Assembly (NCBI GenBank): GCA_963717845.1
Contig: CAVQXH010000004.1
Span: 775,257 to 839,256 of the forward strand
DNA from: an uncultured Actinomycetes bacterium
GTDB taxonomy: Bacteria; Actinomycetota; Thermoleophilia; Gaiellales; JAICJC01
Length of the DNA: 64,000 bases
Direction of reading: 5' to 3'
Of this stretch, positions 29,786 to 39,658 are shown piece after piece. Position numbers and translations under genes: made by a program. Positions within the stretch are counted from its first letter, which is position 1. Every line of letters starts with the position of its first letter. The notes under the pieces are model-generated. The model saw only the letters and a list, made by a program, of their open reading frames with translations. It was not told the origin of the DNA and did no database searches.

Positions 29786-31138
29786 ATGAGAACCGCACTC
29801 GAGCTGCTCGCGGTGGCAGTGATCGTGGCCGCGAACGGGTTTTTCGTGGCAGCGGAGTACGGCCTCGTCACGGTCCGGCGCACCCGCATGCAGGAGCTGG
29901 AGACGCAGGGCAGCCGCAAGGCGCGCAACGTGCTGCGCCTGCTCGACGTGCCGCCGCGGTTCATCTCGGCGATCCAGCTCGGCGTCACCCTGTCCAGCCT
30001 GGCGCTCGGCGCCATCGGCGAGCCGGTGGTGTCGGAGCTCCTGCAGCGGCCGCTCGATCTGCTGCCGCAGAGCTGGCACACGAGCGTCGCGACGACGATC
30101 TCGGTCATCCTCGCGTTCACGATCCTGAGCTACTTCCACGTCGTCATGGGCGAGATCGTGCCGAAGTCCTACACCCTCCAGCACCCCGAGCGGGTGGCGC
30201 TCCTGGCGGCCGGCCCGATCAACACCTTCCACGCGATCTTCCGCCCGTTCATCTGGGTGCTCGTGCGCACGAGCGCCTGGGTGCTGGGGTGGTTCGGCGT
30301 CACCGCCTCGAGCGGCGTGACGCTCGTCCACTCCGAGGAGGAGCTGAAGATGCTCGTGAACGCGAGCCGGGAGAAGGGCGTGCTCGAGGAGGAGGAGCAG
30401 GCCATGCTCCACAAGGTGTTCGAGTTCGCCGACAAGGACGCCGTCGACGTGATGGTGCCGCGGCCGGACGTCGTCGGCGTGCAGGTCGACCTGCCGGTGG
30501 AGGAGATCCTGCGGCTCGTCCTCTCACACCCGTTCACCCGCTACCCGGTGTACGAGGGCGAGCTCGACGACATCGTCGGTGTCCTGCACGTGCGCGACCT
30601 GTTCTCGGCCCTGCACGACCGCGGCCTGCAGAGCGTCGACGTGCGGTCGATCCTGCGCGAGGCGATCATGGTGCCCGAGACGAAGCCGCTCGACGAGCTC
30701 CTGGCCGAGTTCCAGCGCACCTCGAACCACCTGGCGATCGTGGTCGACGAGTACGGGTCGGTGGAGGGCCTGGTCACGCTCGAGGATCTGCTCGAGGAGA
30801 TCGTGGGCGAGATCGGCGACGAGTTCGACCTACCCGACGCGGGCATCGTGCGCATCGGCCGCGGGCGTGTGCGGCTCGTGGGCTCGTTCCCGATCGACGA
30901 GTTCAACGAGCGCTTCGGCAAGCACCTGCCGGTCGACGACTACCACACGGTCGGCGGGTTCGTCTTCGGCGAGCTCGGCCGGGTGCCGAAGGTGGGGGAC
31001 ACGGTCGCCTTCGACGGCGCCCGGTTCGACGTGAGCGCGACCGACGGGCCGCGCATCCGCGAGGTGGACGTGACGCTCTCGGCCGGCACCACCGTGCAGC
31101 CGGCCCAGTCGGTCCAGCCGGCCGAGGAGGGGCGCTAG
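29786..31138 (+). CDS. Hemolysin/CorB-CorC family (CNNM + CBS + CorC) protein
   Basis: NGFFVAAEY, GEIVPK, VMVPR, VDEYG..VTLEDLLEEIVGEIGDE. Confidence 0.92.
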   Translation: MRTALELLAVAVIVAANGFFVAAEYGLVTVRRTRMQELETQGSRKARNVLRLLDVPPRFISAIQLGVTLSSLALGAIGEPVVSELLQRPLDLLPQSWHTSVATTISVILAFTILSYFHVVMGEIVPKSYTLQHPERVALLAAGPINTFHAIFRPFIWVLVRTSAWVLGWFGVTASSGVTLVHSEEELKMLVNASREKGVLEEEEQAMLHKVFEFADKDAVDVMVPRPDVVGVQVDLPVEEILRLVLSHPFTRYPVYEGELDDIVGVLHVRDLFSALHDRGLQSVDVRSILREAIMVPETKPLDELLAEFQRTSNHLAIVVDEYGSVEGLVTLEDLLEEIVGEIGDEFDLPDAGIVRIGRGRVRLVGSFPIDEFNERFGKHLPVDDYHTVGGFVFGELGRVPKVGDTVAFDGARFDVSATDGPRIREVDVTLSAGTTVQPAQSVQPAEEGR

Positions 31139-31144
31139 GCGCTC

Positions 31145-31423
31145 CTAGGCGAGGCCGTCGCTCTTCGCGGCCATCGCGACGTCCTTCTCGGTGATGCCGC
31201 CCGCGCTGTGGTTCACCCAGCGCAGCGTGACCGTGTCCCACGAGATGGCGATGTCGGGATGGTGGTCGGCTGCGGCGGCCGCCTGCGCGACCTTGTTCAC
31301 GAACGCCATCGAGCCGTCGAAGTCGCCGCAGGAGTACGACTTCTGGAGCGCCCCGTCGCGCACCTCCCAGCCCTGCATGTCTGCGATCTGCGCGCTGAGC
31401 TCTGATTCGGCCAACACCGGCAT
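31145..31423 (-). CDS. phhB: Pterin-4-alpha-carbinolamine dehydratase
   Basis: DHHPDI..NHSAGGITEKD. Confidence 0.88.
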   Translation of the reverse strand: MPVLAESELSAQIADMQGWEVRDGALQKSYSCGDFDGSMAFVNKVAQAAAAADHHPDIAISWDTVTLRWVNHSAGGITEKDVAMAAKSDGLA

Positions 31424-31492
31424 GACGGTCCTCCTCGGGTTTTTGGCGACGCCTGGAGGGTACCCAGGGTATGGTTCCGGATCACTTCCGAC

Positions 31493-31981
31493 GTGAAAGA
31501 CCTGAACGACATCGATCGAGCGATCGTGGGCGTGCTCCAGGTCGAGGGGCGGTCGACCTTCGCGCAGATCGCGCAGCACGTGGGGCTCTCGCCCGCGGCG
31601 GTGCACGAGCGCGTGAAGAAGCTCGAGGCGCGCGGCGTGATCACGGGGTACCGGGCCGCCGTCGACCCGGAGAAGGTCGGCTGCGGCGTGACGGCGTTCA
31701 TCCTCGTGACCCAGATCGCCGGGCCGCGCGGCAGCCTCGAGGAGGCGTTCGAGGGCATGCCCTGGGTCGAGGAGTGCCATCACATCGCGGGCGAGGAGAG
31801 CCTGATGCTGAAGGTGCGGGCCGAGTCGACCCGGGCGCTCGAGCATCTGATCTGGGACATCCGCGCGCTCGAATCGGTCGAGCGCACGAAGACGGTGGTC
31901 GTGCTTGCGACCGAGTTCGAGGGCCGGCCGGTGGCGCCGATGTCCACCGAGGTCGTGCTCGACCCCGCCCAGAGCGGGTGA
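31493..31981 (+). CDS. Lrp/AsnC family regulator
   Basis: LNDIDRAI..GLSPAAVHERVKKLE..GVITGY. Confidence 0.92.
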   Translation: MKDLNDIDRAIVGVLQVEGRSTFAQIAQHVGLSPAAVHERVKKLEARGVITGYRAAVDPEKVGCGVTAFILVTQIAGPRGSLEEAFEGMPWVEECHHIAGEESLMLKVRAESTRALEHLIWDIRALESVERTKTVVVLATEFEGRPVAPMSTEVVLDPAQSG

Positions 31982-32049
31982 CGACCCCCCGCAGCGGGTA
32001 GCTCGACCGGGTGCTTGCCTGACGCGCCCGGCGCACGTATGCCTGAGGA

Positions 32050-32979
32050 GTGGCAGGGATTTCCAGCACGGCGGCCGCTGGACGGCGGCGCGGGAGGCAT
32101 GCGAGACGCCCCAGAAGGGGTCTGACCCCGTTTGGTGCGGCGCGCAGGCACCGGCGCCGGCGCGAGCGGTTCGCGGCCGCCCTCGCGCGGCCCGAGGACG
32201 CGACGCTGCGCGGGCTCGCCCGTGCGGCCCGCTCCGAGGCCGGTATCTGCGATCTGGGGGCCGAAGCCGACCGCGTGTGGGCGCGGCTGCTGCCGGCCGA
32301 TCGCGACATGCTGCGCTACCACCTGCGCGCGGCGGGCGTGCCCGCGACGCTGCGCCGGGCGGCGCGGTCGTGGCTTGCGAGCAGGCGCGCCCGGGCGGCG
32401 GCGGCGATCGGCGACCTGCGCCTGGCGGAGGGCGCGCGCGACCTCGAACGGCTGCTGCGCGACCGCGATCCCCGCGTGCGCCTGGCCGCCGCCCGGGCGC
32501 TCGGCCGGATCGGGACACATGGGTCGGCGCGGACGCTGATCGCCGCCCTCGAACAGGGTCTTCTGCCCGAGCAGCGGCTGGTGGAGGTGCTGGGCGAGCC
32601 GTGGGCGGCGACACCGCTCCTGCTCGCCTTCCGGGCGCCGCGGACGGTCGCGCTGCGCGTGCCGCTCGCCGACGCGCTCGGCCGCACGGGCTCGGCCGCC
32701 GCCGTCGAGGCGTTCGTGGCGGCGATGCCGGCCGCGAGCACGGATCTGCGCATCCGGATGGTGCGGGCGCTCACCCGGATCGGCTCGCCGGCCGCCGTGG
32801 CCGCGGTGCGCGCGGCCATGTCAGATCCGCACGGCCGCGTGCGCGCCCAGGCGGCCTGGTCGCTCGCCCGGCTGGGCGACCCGGACGCGACCGCCCTGCT
32901 CGAGCACGGCCTCCACGACAGCGCGCCGTGGGTGCGGGCCAACTGCACCGCCGCGTTGCGCCGCCTCGGTCGCGACTGA
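32050..32979 (+). CDS. HEAT repeat protein (start uncertain)
   Basis: Repeated DxDxxVRxxAAxALG motifs. Confidence 0.7.
   Translation: MAGISSTAAAGRRRGRHARRPRRGLTPFGAARRHRRRRERFAAALARPEDATLRGLARAARSEAGICDLGAEADRVWARLLPADRDMLRYHLRAAGVPATLRRAARSWLASRRARAAAAIGDLRLAEGARDLERLLRDRDPRVRLAAARALGRIGTHGSARTLIAALEQGLLPEQRLVEVLGEPWAATPLLLAFRAPRTVALRVPLADALGRTGSAAAVEAFVAAMPAASTDLRIRMVRALTRIGSPAAVAAVRAAMSDPHGRVRAQAAWSLARLGDPDATALLEHGLHDSAPWVRANCTAALRRLGRD
32117..32129. repeat. Family B palindrome GGGGTCTGACCCC
   Basis: Identical to copies at 36910 and 36960. Confidence 0.75.
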
Positions 32980-32997
32980 GAAGCGGGGCCAGGCCCC
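32978..32997. repeat. Family B unit GAGAAGCGGGGCCAGGCCCC between convergent genes
   Basis: Same 20-mer at 48753-48772 and, inverted, at 52103-52122. Confidence 0.8.
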
Positions 32998-33018
32998 TGG
33001 CGCCGGCGCGTCCCGCGC

Positions 33019-33411
33019 CTACTCGACCCGCAGAGCCTCTTCGGTGATCGACATGTCCTGGATGCGGTAGCCGCGCACGTCGGCGTCGGCGCCCGCGAGC
33101 GAGACGATGACGTAGACCGCGTCCGGCCAGAACGCCTGCTCCGCGTCTGTGCGCGACGGGTAGGCCGGCGAGCTCGTGTGCGAGTGGTAGATCGCGAGCA
33201 GATCGAGCCCGGCATCGTCGATCGCGTTCATGATCCGGATCTGGTCACGCGACTCGATCCGGTAGTAGTAGGGGCTCGGCTCGTCGGCCTGGGCCGGGAA
33301 GAAGCGCTCGACACGGCCGTCGAGCCCCGCCAGGATGCCGCATGCCTCGTTGGGCAGACCGGCTCGCGCGTGCGCGACGATCGCGTCGCGCACGTCCGCC
33401 GGGATCACCAC
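33019..33411 (-). CDS. mec: JAMM/M67 metalloprotease (Mec+, CysO-cysteine peptidase)
   Basis: PNEACG, IYHSH..AYPSRTD; in operon with cysM and cysO. Confidence 0.88.
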   Translation of the reverse strand: MVIPADVRDAIVAHARAGLPNEACGILAGLDGRVERFFPAQADEPSPYYYRIESRDQIRIMNAIDDAGLDLLAIYHSHTSSPAYPSRTDAEQAFWPDAVYVIVSLAGADADVRGYRIQDMSITEEALRVE

Positions 33412-34361
33412 CAGACGCGCTCTTCCATCTCGCGGTCGAGCTGGTCGGCAGGCTTCGTGTAGATCCCGGCCGACAGGTACTTCGAGCCGCCGTCGGCGAA
33501 CACGCAGACGACGTTTCCGCCCTCCATCTCGCCGGCGATGCGGCGGGCGACGGCGAGCGCGGCTCCGGCCGAGACGCCGGCGAAGACGCCCTCGAAGGCG
33601 AGCAGGTTGCGCAGCGCCGTCACCGCCTCGGCGTTTGAGACGAGCACCTTGCGGTCGAGCTGGGAGATGTCCAGGATCGGCGGCGTGTAGCCGTCCTCGA
33701 GGCTGCGCAGGCCCATCACGGGGTCGCCCTGCAGCGGCTCTGCCGCCACGACGAGCACGTCCGGGTTGTGCTCGCGCAGGCGCCGCGAGCAGCCCATGAG
33801 CGTCCCGCCGGTGCCGAGGCCGGCGACGAACGCGTCGACCTGCCCGTCGGGCACCTGGTCGATGATCTCGAGGGCGGTGCCGCAGTAGTGGGCGGCCGGG
33901 TTGGCCTCGTTGGCGTACTGGAACGGCATGAAGACCGACGGGTCGCGCTCGGCCATCGAGCGGGCCATCGCGACGGCCCCGTTCGAGCCCAGCGGCCCCG
34001 GTGAGAACACGATCTCGGCCCCGTACATGCGCAGGAGCTCGACCCGCTCCGGCGTCGAGGACTCGGGCATGACGGCGGTCACGGGGTAGCCCTTGACCGT
34101 GCCGATCATCGCCAGGGCGATGCCGGTGTTGCCGCTGGTCGGCTCGAGGATGCGGCGGCCGGGCTCGAGCTCGCCCGTGGCCTCGGCGGTCTCGACCATC
34201 GAGAGCGCGACGCGGTCCTTGATCGAGCCGGTCGGGTTCTGCTCCTCGAGCTTCGCGAAGATGCGCACGTCGGGGTTCGGCGACATCCGCGGCAGCTCGA
34301 TGAGCGGCGTGTTGCCGACCGCCGTGAGCGCGGCGCTTCGGCGCGTCTCGAGGCAGCTCAT
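33405..34361 (-). CDS. cysM: PLP-dependent cysteine synthase (CysO-dependent CysM type)
   Basis: GNTPL, NPTGSIKDR, EPTSGNTG, GLGTGGT. Confidence 0.9.
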   Translation of the reverse strand: MSCLETRRSAALTAVGNTPLIELPRMSPNPDVRIFAKLEEQNPTGSIKDRVALSMVETAEATGELEPGRRILEPTSGNTGIALAMIGTVKGYPVTAVMPESSTPERVELLRMYGAEIVFSPGPLGSNGAVAMARSMAERDPSVFMPFQYANEANPAAHYCGTALEIIDQVPDGQVDAFVAGLGTGGTLMGCSRRLREHNPDVLVVAAEPLQGDPVMGLRSLEDGYTPPILDISQLDRKVLVSNAEAVTALRNLLAFEGVFAGVSAGAALAVARRIAGEMEGGNVVCVFADGGSKYLSAGIYTKPADQLDREMEERVWW

Positions 34362-34636
34362 CGCGCGCCCCCCGCCATCGCCGGCAGCACGATCACCGTC
34401 GAGTCGGGGCCGACCGTTGTCTCCAGGCCGCTGCCCAGCCGCACGTCCTCGTTGTTCACGTAGACGTTCACGAACCGGTTCAGGTCGCCGCCGTCGTCGA
34501 ACAGGTGCGTGCGGATGGCGGGATAGCGGCCCGTGAGGTCATCCAGCACCTCGCGGACGGTCCCGCCGGAGGCGTCGACCTCGCGGGCGCCGCCGACCGC
34601 CTGGCGCAGGATCGGGGGCATGCGGACGGTGCTCAC
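34358..34636 (-). CDS. cysO: MoaD/ThiS-family sulfur carrier (CysO-like), ending GG-AR
   Basis: RFVNVYVNNEDVR..IVLPAMAGGAR*. Confidence 0.85.
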   Translation of the reverse strand: MSTVRMPPILRQAVGGAREVDASGGTVREVLDDLTGRYPAIRTHLFDDGGDLNRFVNVYVNNEDVRLGSGLETTVGPDSTVIVLPAMAGGAR

Positions 34637-35841
34637 GAAGCGATGGCCTCCTCGGGTCGCGCCACTGCCCGCGTGGGCATGGCGCAGAACTGCTCGTAGT
34701 CGATGAACTCGATGTCGTCGGGATCCTTGCTGCACACCGGGCACTCGGGATCGCGGCGCATCTTCAGCTCCACGAACTCCATCGCGAGCGCGTCGTAGCG
34801 CAGCTGCCGCCCGACCAGCGGCTCGCCGATGCCGAGCACGAGCTTCACCGCCTCGGTGGCCTGCAGCGTCCCGATCACGCCGGGCAGGACGCCCAGCACG
34901 CCGCCCTCGGCGCACGACGGCGCGAGCTCGGGCGGGGGAGGCTCGGGATACTGGCAGCGGTAGCAGGGGCCGTCGTGCGGCTTGTACACCGTCACCGAGC
35001 CCTCGAACTGGTAGATCGACCCGTGCACCACCGGGATGCCGGCCACGAGGCTGGCGTCGTTCAGCAGGTAGCGGGTGGGGAAGTTGTCGGTGCCGTCCAC
35101 GATCACGTCGTACCCGGTGATCACATCGAGGACGTTCTCGGAGGTCAGCCGTGTGGCGTACTTCACAACGGCCACGTCCGGGTTGAGCGCGCGGATCGTG
35201 GCCTCGGCCGAGTCGACCTTGGGCGTGCCGATGCGGTCGACCGTGTGCAGGATCTGGCGCTGGAGGTTGCTCGAGTCGACCACGTCGGCGTCGATGATGC
35301 CGAGCGTGCCGACGCCTGCGGCGGCCAGGTAGAGCGCCGCCGGCGAGCCGAGCCCGCCCGCGCCGATCAGCAGCACCTTCGAGTCGAGCAGCTGCAGCTG
35401 GCCCTCCTCGCCCACCTCGGGGATGAGCACGTGGCGGCTGTAGCGCTCGAACTGGTCGGGGCGCAGGGTGCGCGGCAGCGTCCAGTCGTAGCCGTTCTGC
35501 TTCCAGCCGGAGAAGCCGCCGGCCATCGACACGACATCCGTGTAGCCGAGCTCCGAGAGCGTCTTGGCCGCGTAGGCCGAGCGCGTGCCCGAGGCGCAGT
35601 AGATGATGAGGGGCGTCGAGCGGTCGGGGACGCGCGACTCGATCCTGGTCTCCAGGTTGCCGCGCGGGATGTGGATCGATCCGGGGATCAGGCCCTGCTC
35701 GTACTCGTCGCGCTCGCGCACGTCGAGAACGACGGGTCGCGGCTCGACGGCCAGCCGCTCCGCGGCCTCCTGAGCCGTCTCCTCCCGGATCTGCTGCTTC
35801 ACAGATGCGAGGTAATCGCGAGCCGAAACCACCAGCTTCAC
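34633..35841 (-). CDS. moeB: Rhodanese + MoeB/ThiF adenylyltransferase (MoeZ-like)
   Basis: N-terminal YCASGTRS rhodanese; RYSRH, GAGGLG, SNLQRQ, CYRC..CAEGG, CPVC. Confidence 0.9.
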   Translation of the reverse strand: MKLVVSARDYLASVKQQIREETAQEAAERLAVEPRPVVLDVRERDEYEQGLIPGSIHIPRGNLETRIESRVPDRSTPLIIYCASGTRSAYAAKTLSELGYTDVVSMAGGFSGWKQNGYDWTLPRTLRPDQFERYSRHVLIPEVGEEGQLQLLDSKVLLIGAGGLGSPAALYLAAAGVGTLGIIDADVVDSSNLQRQILHTVDRIGTPKVDSAEATIRALNPDVAVVKYATRLTSENVLDVITGYDVIVDGTDNFPTRYLLNDASLVAGIPVVHGSIYQFEGSVTVYKPHDGPCYRCQYPEPPPPELAPSCAEGGVLGVLPGVIGTLQATEAVKLVLGIGEPLVGRQLRYDALAMEFVELKMRRDPECPVCSKDPDDIEFIDYEQFCAMPTRAVARPEEAIAS

Positions 35842-35937
35842 CTACCCTTTCCCCTCCAGGCTTGCACGTGCAACAAGAAGTCTACCAACCGAATGGATCC
35901 AAACTTTTCTCCAGACGTCCCTAACGCGGGAACCGGG

Positions 35938-36903
35938 GTGCGTATTCCCGACGGACGCCGCCGCCTGGTCCTGGTGGCGGCCGTCGCGGTCGTCGCCGGC
36001 CTCATCGCCGCCGTGGCCGTGCTCGTCACGCACGGCAGCGGCGGGAGCGGCAACCCGAACGCGCAGACGGCACGGCCGCTGTCCGGCCAGCCGCCGCTCT
36101 TCCTCGACCTGCCCGGGCCCGCCGTGCACGGCGGGAACGCGGCCGTCTATGCGGCCGCCCAGAAGCGCCTGCCGGCCGACGACGTGCGCCTGGCCGTCGC
36201 CCGCGCGCTCGTCGCCTACAGCTCGGCCGATTCGGGCCGGACGCTGACCGCCCTGCGGCGGCTGCCGCAGCGAAACCCGGCCGTCGTCTTCGCGCTCGGG
36301 CTGGCCCAGCTGTGGGCGGGACGGCCGCAGGTGGCAGCGCTGACGCTCGAGCGGGTGAAGCGGCTCGACCCGTACGGCTTCTACGGCACGAACGCCGACG
36401 ATCTGCTGCACCTCGGCCACGAGGCGCCCGGCTACCCGCCCTACTTCCCACCGGCCACGACCCCCGGCTCGCTGCGGGCGCTGCAGGCGGCGGTGGCGGC
36501 GCACCCGACCAGCTCCGGGGCGTGGCTTGCGCTCGCCACGCGCCTCGAGCGCACCGATCGGCTGGCGGCGCTGCGCGACGCCCGCCGGGCCGCCGACCTG
36601 AACCCCCAGGGCATCTCCGAGCAGGTGGCGGTGGCCGTGCTCGGGTTCGACAAGGACGCCCCGATGACCACGCTCCAGACGATGCTGAACCTCGCCTCCG
36701 AGACGAAGGCCCAGCCCGACCCCGAGGTGCTCTTCCACCTCGGCCTCGTCTACTTCTGGATGAAGGACAGCCAGGACGCCGCCGGGGAGTTCAGCCAGGT
36801 CGAGTCAGACGCGCCGCACAGCCACTACGCGCCCATCGCGCACGTCTTCGCCCGGTGCATCGAGAGCCCGGCCGCGTGCCAGCGGCTCGCCGGGGGCGGC
36901 TGA
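35938..36903 (+). CDS. Membrane-anchored TPR-like hypothetical protein
   Basis: N-terminal TM, helical repeats (AWLALA.., VLFHLGLVYF); alternative ATG at 35893. Confidence 0.65.
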   Translation: MRIPDGRRRLVLVAAVAVVAGLIAAVAVLVTHGSGGSGNPNAQTARPLSGQPPLFLDLPGPAVHGGNAAVYAAAQKRLPADDVRLAVARALVAYSSADSGRTLTALRRLPQRNPAVVFALGLAQLWAGRPQVAALTLERVKRLDPYGFYGTNADDLLHLGHEAPGYPPYFPPATTPGSLRALQAAVAAHPTSSGAWLALATRLERTDRLAALRDARRAADLNPQGISEQVAVAVLGFDKDAPMTTLQTMLNLASETKAQPDPEVLFHLGLVYFWMKDSQDAAGEFSQVESDAPHSHYAPIAHVFARCIESPAACQRLAGGG

Positions 36904-36909
36904 CGAACC

Positions 36910-36972
36910 GGGGTCTGACCCCGAACGGAAGCGCAACGCGGGTGTCACAGTCGGCGTTCGGGGTCTGACCCC
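36910..36972. repeat. Two family B GGGGTCTGACCCC palindromes between convergent genes
   Basis: 36910-36922 and 36960-36972. Confidence 0.85.
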
Positions 36973-36976
36973 GTCC

Positions 36977-38452
36977 CTACCAGGGTGGGGCGCCGTGCAC
37001 CCAGCGGCCGTTCAGCATCGTCGCGACGACCTGGGTCTCGGCGATGCGGTCGGGGTGGGCGACGATGTCGGTGTCGAGCACGACCAGGTCGGCGGCGTAG
37101 CCGGGCAGGAGCAGGCCGCGGCGGCGGTGCTCGCCGACGGCGTGGGCGGCGCCGGCCGTGAAGCCGAGGATCGCGTCGGGCACCGCCAGACGCTCGTCGG
37201 GATACCAGGGCTCGCGCCCGTCCGCGGTGCGGTGGACGGCCGCCTGGATGCCGGCCAGCGGGTCGAGCGCGGCCACGGGCGCATCCGAGCCGAAGGCCAG
37301 GTCGGCGCCGGCGTCGGCCAGGCCGCGCCAGCGGTAGGCGGCCGCCGCCCGCTCGCCCCAGACGCGGTCGGCCAGGTCGCGGTCGTCCATCGCGTGGGAC
37401 GGCTGCACCGACGCCGTGACGCCGATCGCCGCGAAGCGGGGCAGGTCGGCGTCGTCGACGCACTGGCAGTGCTCGATGCGCGGCGCGACCGGCAGCTGCT
37501 CCCAGGCGTCGCGGGCGGCCTCGAGTCCGTCGAGCGCGGCCCGCACGGCCGCGTCGCCGATGGCGTGCACCGCGACGGCGAGGCCCGACGCGGCCGCCTC
37601 GCGGGCGATCGCCTCGAGCTCGGCGGCGCTCACGAGCGCGGCGCCCGAGCCGTCCAGCATCCAGGCCGTCCCCGAGCCCAGCGCGCCGTCCATGAACACC
37701 TTCACCGGCCCCACGCGCACGAGCTCGCTGCCGAAGCCGGTGCGCAGCTCGAGCGCGGTCGCTGCGCCCAGCATCTCGACGGGCACGGCCATGTGCACGC
37801 GCAGGTGCAGGCGCCGGTCGGCATCGAGCCGCTGCCACAGGCCACGGCCGCCGGGGCGCTGGAAGTCGTGCACGCAGACGACGCCGCGGGCATTGGCGGC
37901 GGCCACCCCTGCGCGCACGGCCCGGGAGAGCTCGAGCGGCTCGGGCGCGGGCAGGGGGAACGTGAACGCGTCGTGCTCGCGCAGGACGCCCGTCGCATCC
38001 CCGGCGGCGGCCGTGGAGAGCGCCGCCGAGTTGAGCCACAGCGAGTGCCCGTCGCGCGACCACAGCGCCGCCGGGCGATCGCCCGTGACCGCGTCGAGGT
38101 CGGCGGCGCTCACCGGCCCGTCCGGCCAGCGCACCGGCTCCCAGCCGAATCCCCGGAGCCAGCCCGTGCCGGCCGTGGCGGCCACCTGCCGCAGCGCCTC
38201 GGCCTTCGAGCCGCAGTCGCGCAGGTCGAGCTGCGTGCGCGCCAGCGACCACTCCTGGAAGTGCACGTGCGCGTCGGTGAAGCCCGGCACGACGCAGCGC
38301 CCGTCGAGGTCGATGCGCTCGTGCCCGACCGTGTCGGTGTCGCCCTCGCGCACGTCCACGCCACCTGCGATCGTCGCTCCGGCGACGGCCAGCGCCGCGA
38401 TCCGCGGCAGGCGCGGATCCATCGTGTACACCGGCCCGTTGGCGAGGATCAT
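36977..38452 (-). CDS. Amidohydrolase 3 (YtcJ-like)
   Basis: PGFTDAHVH, KVFMDGALG, HAIGD, RIEHCQ, FGSDAP. Confidence 0.9.
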   Translation of the reverse strand: MILANGPVYTMDPRLPRIAALAVAGATIAGGVDVREGDTDTVGHERIDLDGRCVVPGFTDAHVHFQEWSLARTQLDLRDCGSKAEALRQVAATAGTGWLRGFGWEPVRWPDGPVSAADLDAVTGDRPAALWSRDGHSLWLNSAALSTAAAGDATGVLREHDAFTFPLPAPEPLELSRAVRAGVAAANARGVVCVHDFQRPGGRGLWQRLDADRRLHLRVHMAVPVEMLGAATALELRTGFGSELVRVGPVKVFMDGALGSGTAWMLDGSGAALVSAAELEAIAREAAASGLAVAVHAIGDAAVRAALDGLEAARDAWEQLPVAPRIEHCQCVDDADLPRFAAIGVTASVQPSHAMDDRDLADRVWGERAAAAYRWRGLADAGADLAFGSDAPVAALDPLAGIQAAVHRTADGREPWYPDERLAVPDAILGFTAGAAHAVGEHRRRGLLLPGYAADLVVLDTDIVAHPDRIAETQVVATMLNGRWVHGAPPW

Positions 38453-38473
38453 GCGCCGGTTACGATAGGGCAC

Positions 38474-39658
38474 GTGACTCCTGCCGCCGAGATCGAGCGC
38501 CGGATCGGGCGCCTGCGGGAGGAGCTCGCGCGGGCCGGCCTCGACGCCGCCGTGATCGTCCAGCACGCCGATCTGGCCTACTTCTCGGGCACGAACCAGC
38601 AGGCGCACCTGGTCGTGCCGGCAGACGGCGAGCCGCGGCTGCTCGTGCGGCGCGTGCTCGAGCGGGCGCAGCGCGAGTCGGCCATCGCCCGGATCGCGCC
38701 GCTGCGCTCGCTCTCCGGCCTCGTGGCCGAGATCGCCGACATGGGCATCGCGGCCGGGGCGCGGGTCGGGTTCGAGCTCGACGTGCTGCCGGCGCGCGCC
38801 TACCTCGGCTACGTGGAGCGCCTGCAGGGGATCGACGTCGTCGACGCATCGGCCGCCCTGCGCAACGTGCGGGCGGTCAAGTCGGCCTGGGATCTCGAGC
38901 AGATGCGAGTCGCCTGCGAGCAGGTGCGCCGCGGCGCCGAGGCGGTGCCGGAGCTGATCGGCGCCGGGGTGAGCGAGGCCGACGTGCAGCTCGAGGTCGA
39001 GCGGGTCATGCGCAAGGCGGGACACCAGGGCCAGCTGCGCTTCCGCGGGTTCAACCAGGAGATGCACTACGGCCAGATCCTGGGCGGCCCGAGCGGCGCC
39101 GTGCCCGGCTACTCCGACTCGCCGCTCTGTGGCCCGGGGCCGAACCCGGCCCTCGGCAAGGGGCCGGACGGGCATGTGCTTGAGCGCGGCGACACCGTCA
39201 TCGCCGACCTGGTCGGCGGCCACGAGGGCTGGCTCTCCGACCAGACGCGCACCTTCGCCGTGGGGGCGCCGCCGGCCGACCTGGCCGCGGCCTACGACAT
39301 CGCCGTCGCCATCCTGCGCGCGGTCGAGGAGCGGCTGGCGCCCGGCGCGCCGCCCTCGGCGCTGCATGCCCTGGCCGAGGAGATGGCCGGGGCGGCCGGC
39401 CTCGGCGAGCACTTCATGGGCGCGGGTGCGGAGCGGGTACGGTTCCTGGGCCACGGCGTGGGCATGGAGATCGACGAGCTCCCCATCCTCGCGCCCGGAT
39501 TCGACGAGCCGCTCGTGGAGGGAAACGTGGTCGCGATCGAGCCCAAGTTCGTGTTCCCAGGCCGCGGGGCGGTCGGGATCGAGAACCTGTACGCGGTGAC
39601 CGCGTCCGGGTACGAGACGCTCACCACGGCCCCGGAGGAGCTGATCGTGCGTGACTGA
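38474..39658 (+). CDS. M24 Xaa-Pro peptidase family
   Basis: RAVKS, SDQTRT, GHGVGMEIDE, AIEPK, GIEN. Confidence 0.9.
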   Translation: MTPAAEIERRIGRLREELARAGLDAAVIVQHADLAYFSGTNQQAHLVVPADGEPRLLVRRVLERAQRESAIARIAPLRSLSGLVAEIADMGIAAGARVGFELDVLPARAYLGYVERLQGIDVVDASAALRNVRAVKSAWDLEQMRVACEQVRRGAEAVPELIGAGVSEADVQLEVERVMRKAGHQGQLRFRGFNQEMHYGQILGGPSGAVPGYSDSPLCGPGPNPALGKGPDGHVLERGDTVIADLVGGHEGWLSDQTRTFAVGAPPADLAAAYDIAVAILRAVEERLAPGAPPSALHALAEEMAGAAGLGEHFMGAGAERVRFLGHGVGMEIDELPILAPGFDEPLVEGNVVAIEPKFVFPGRGAVGIENLYAVTASGYETLTTAPEELIVRD

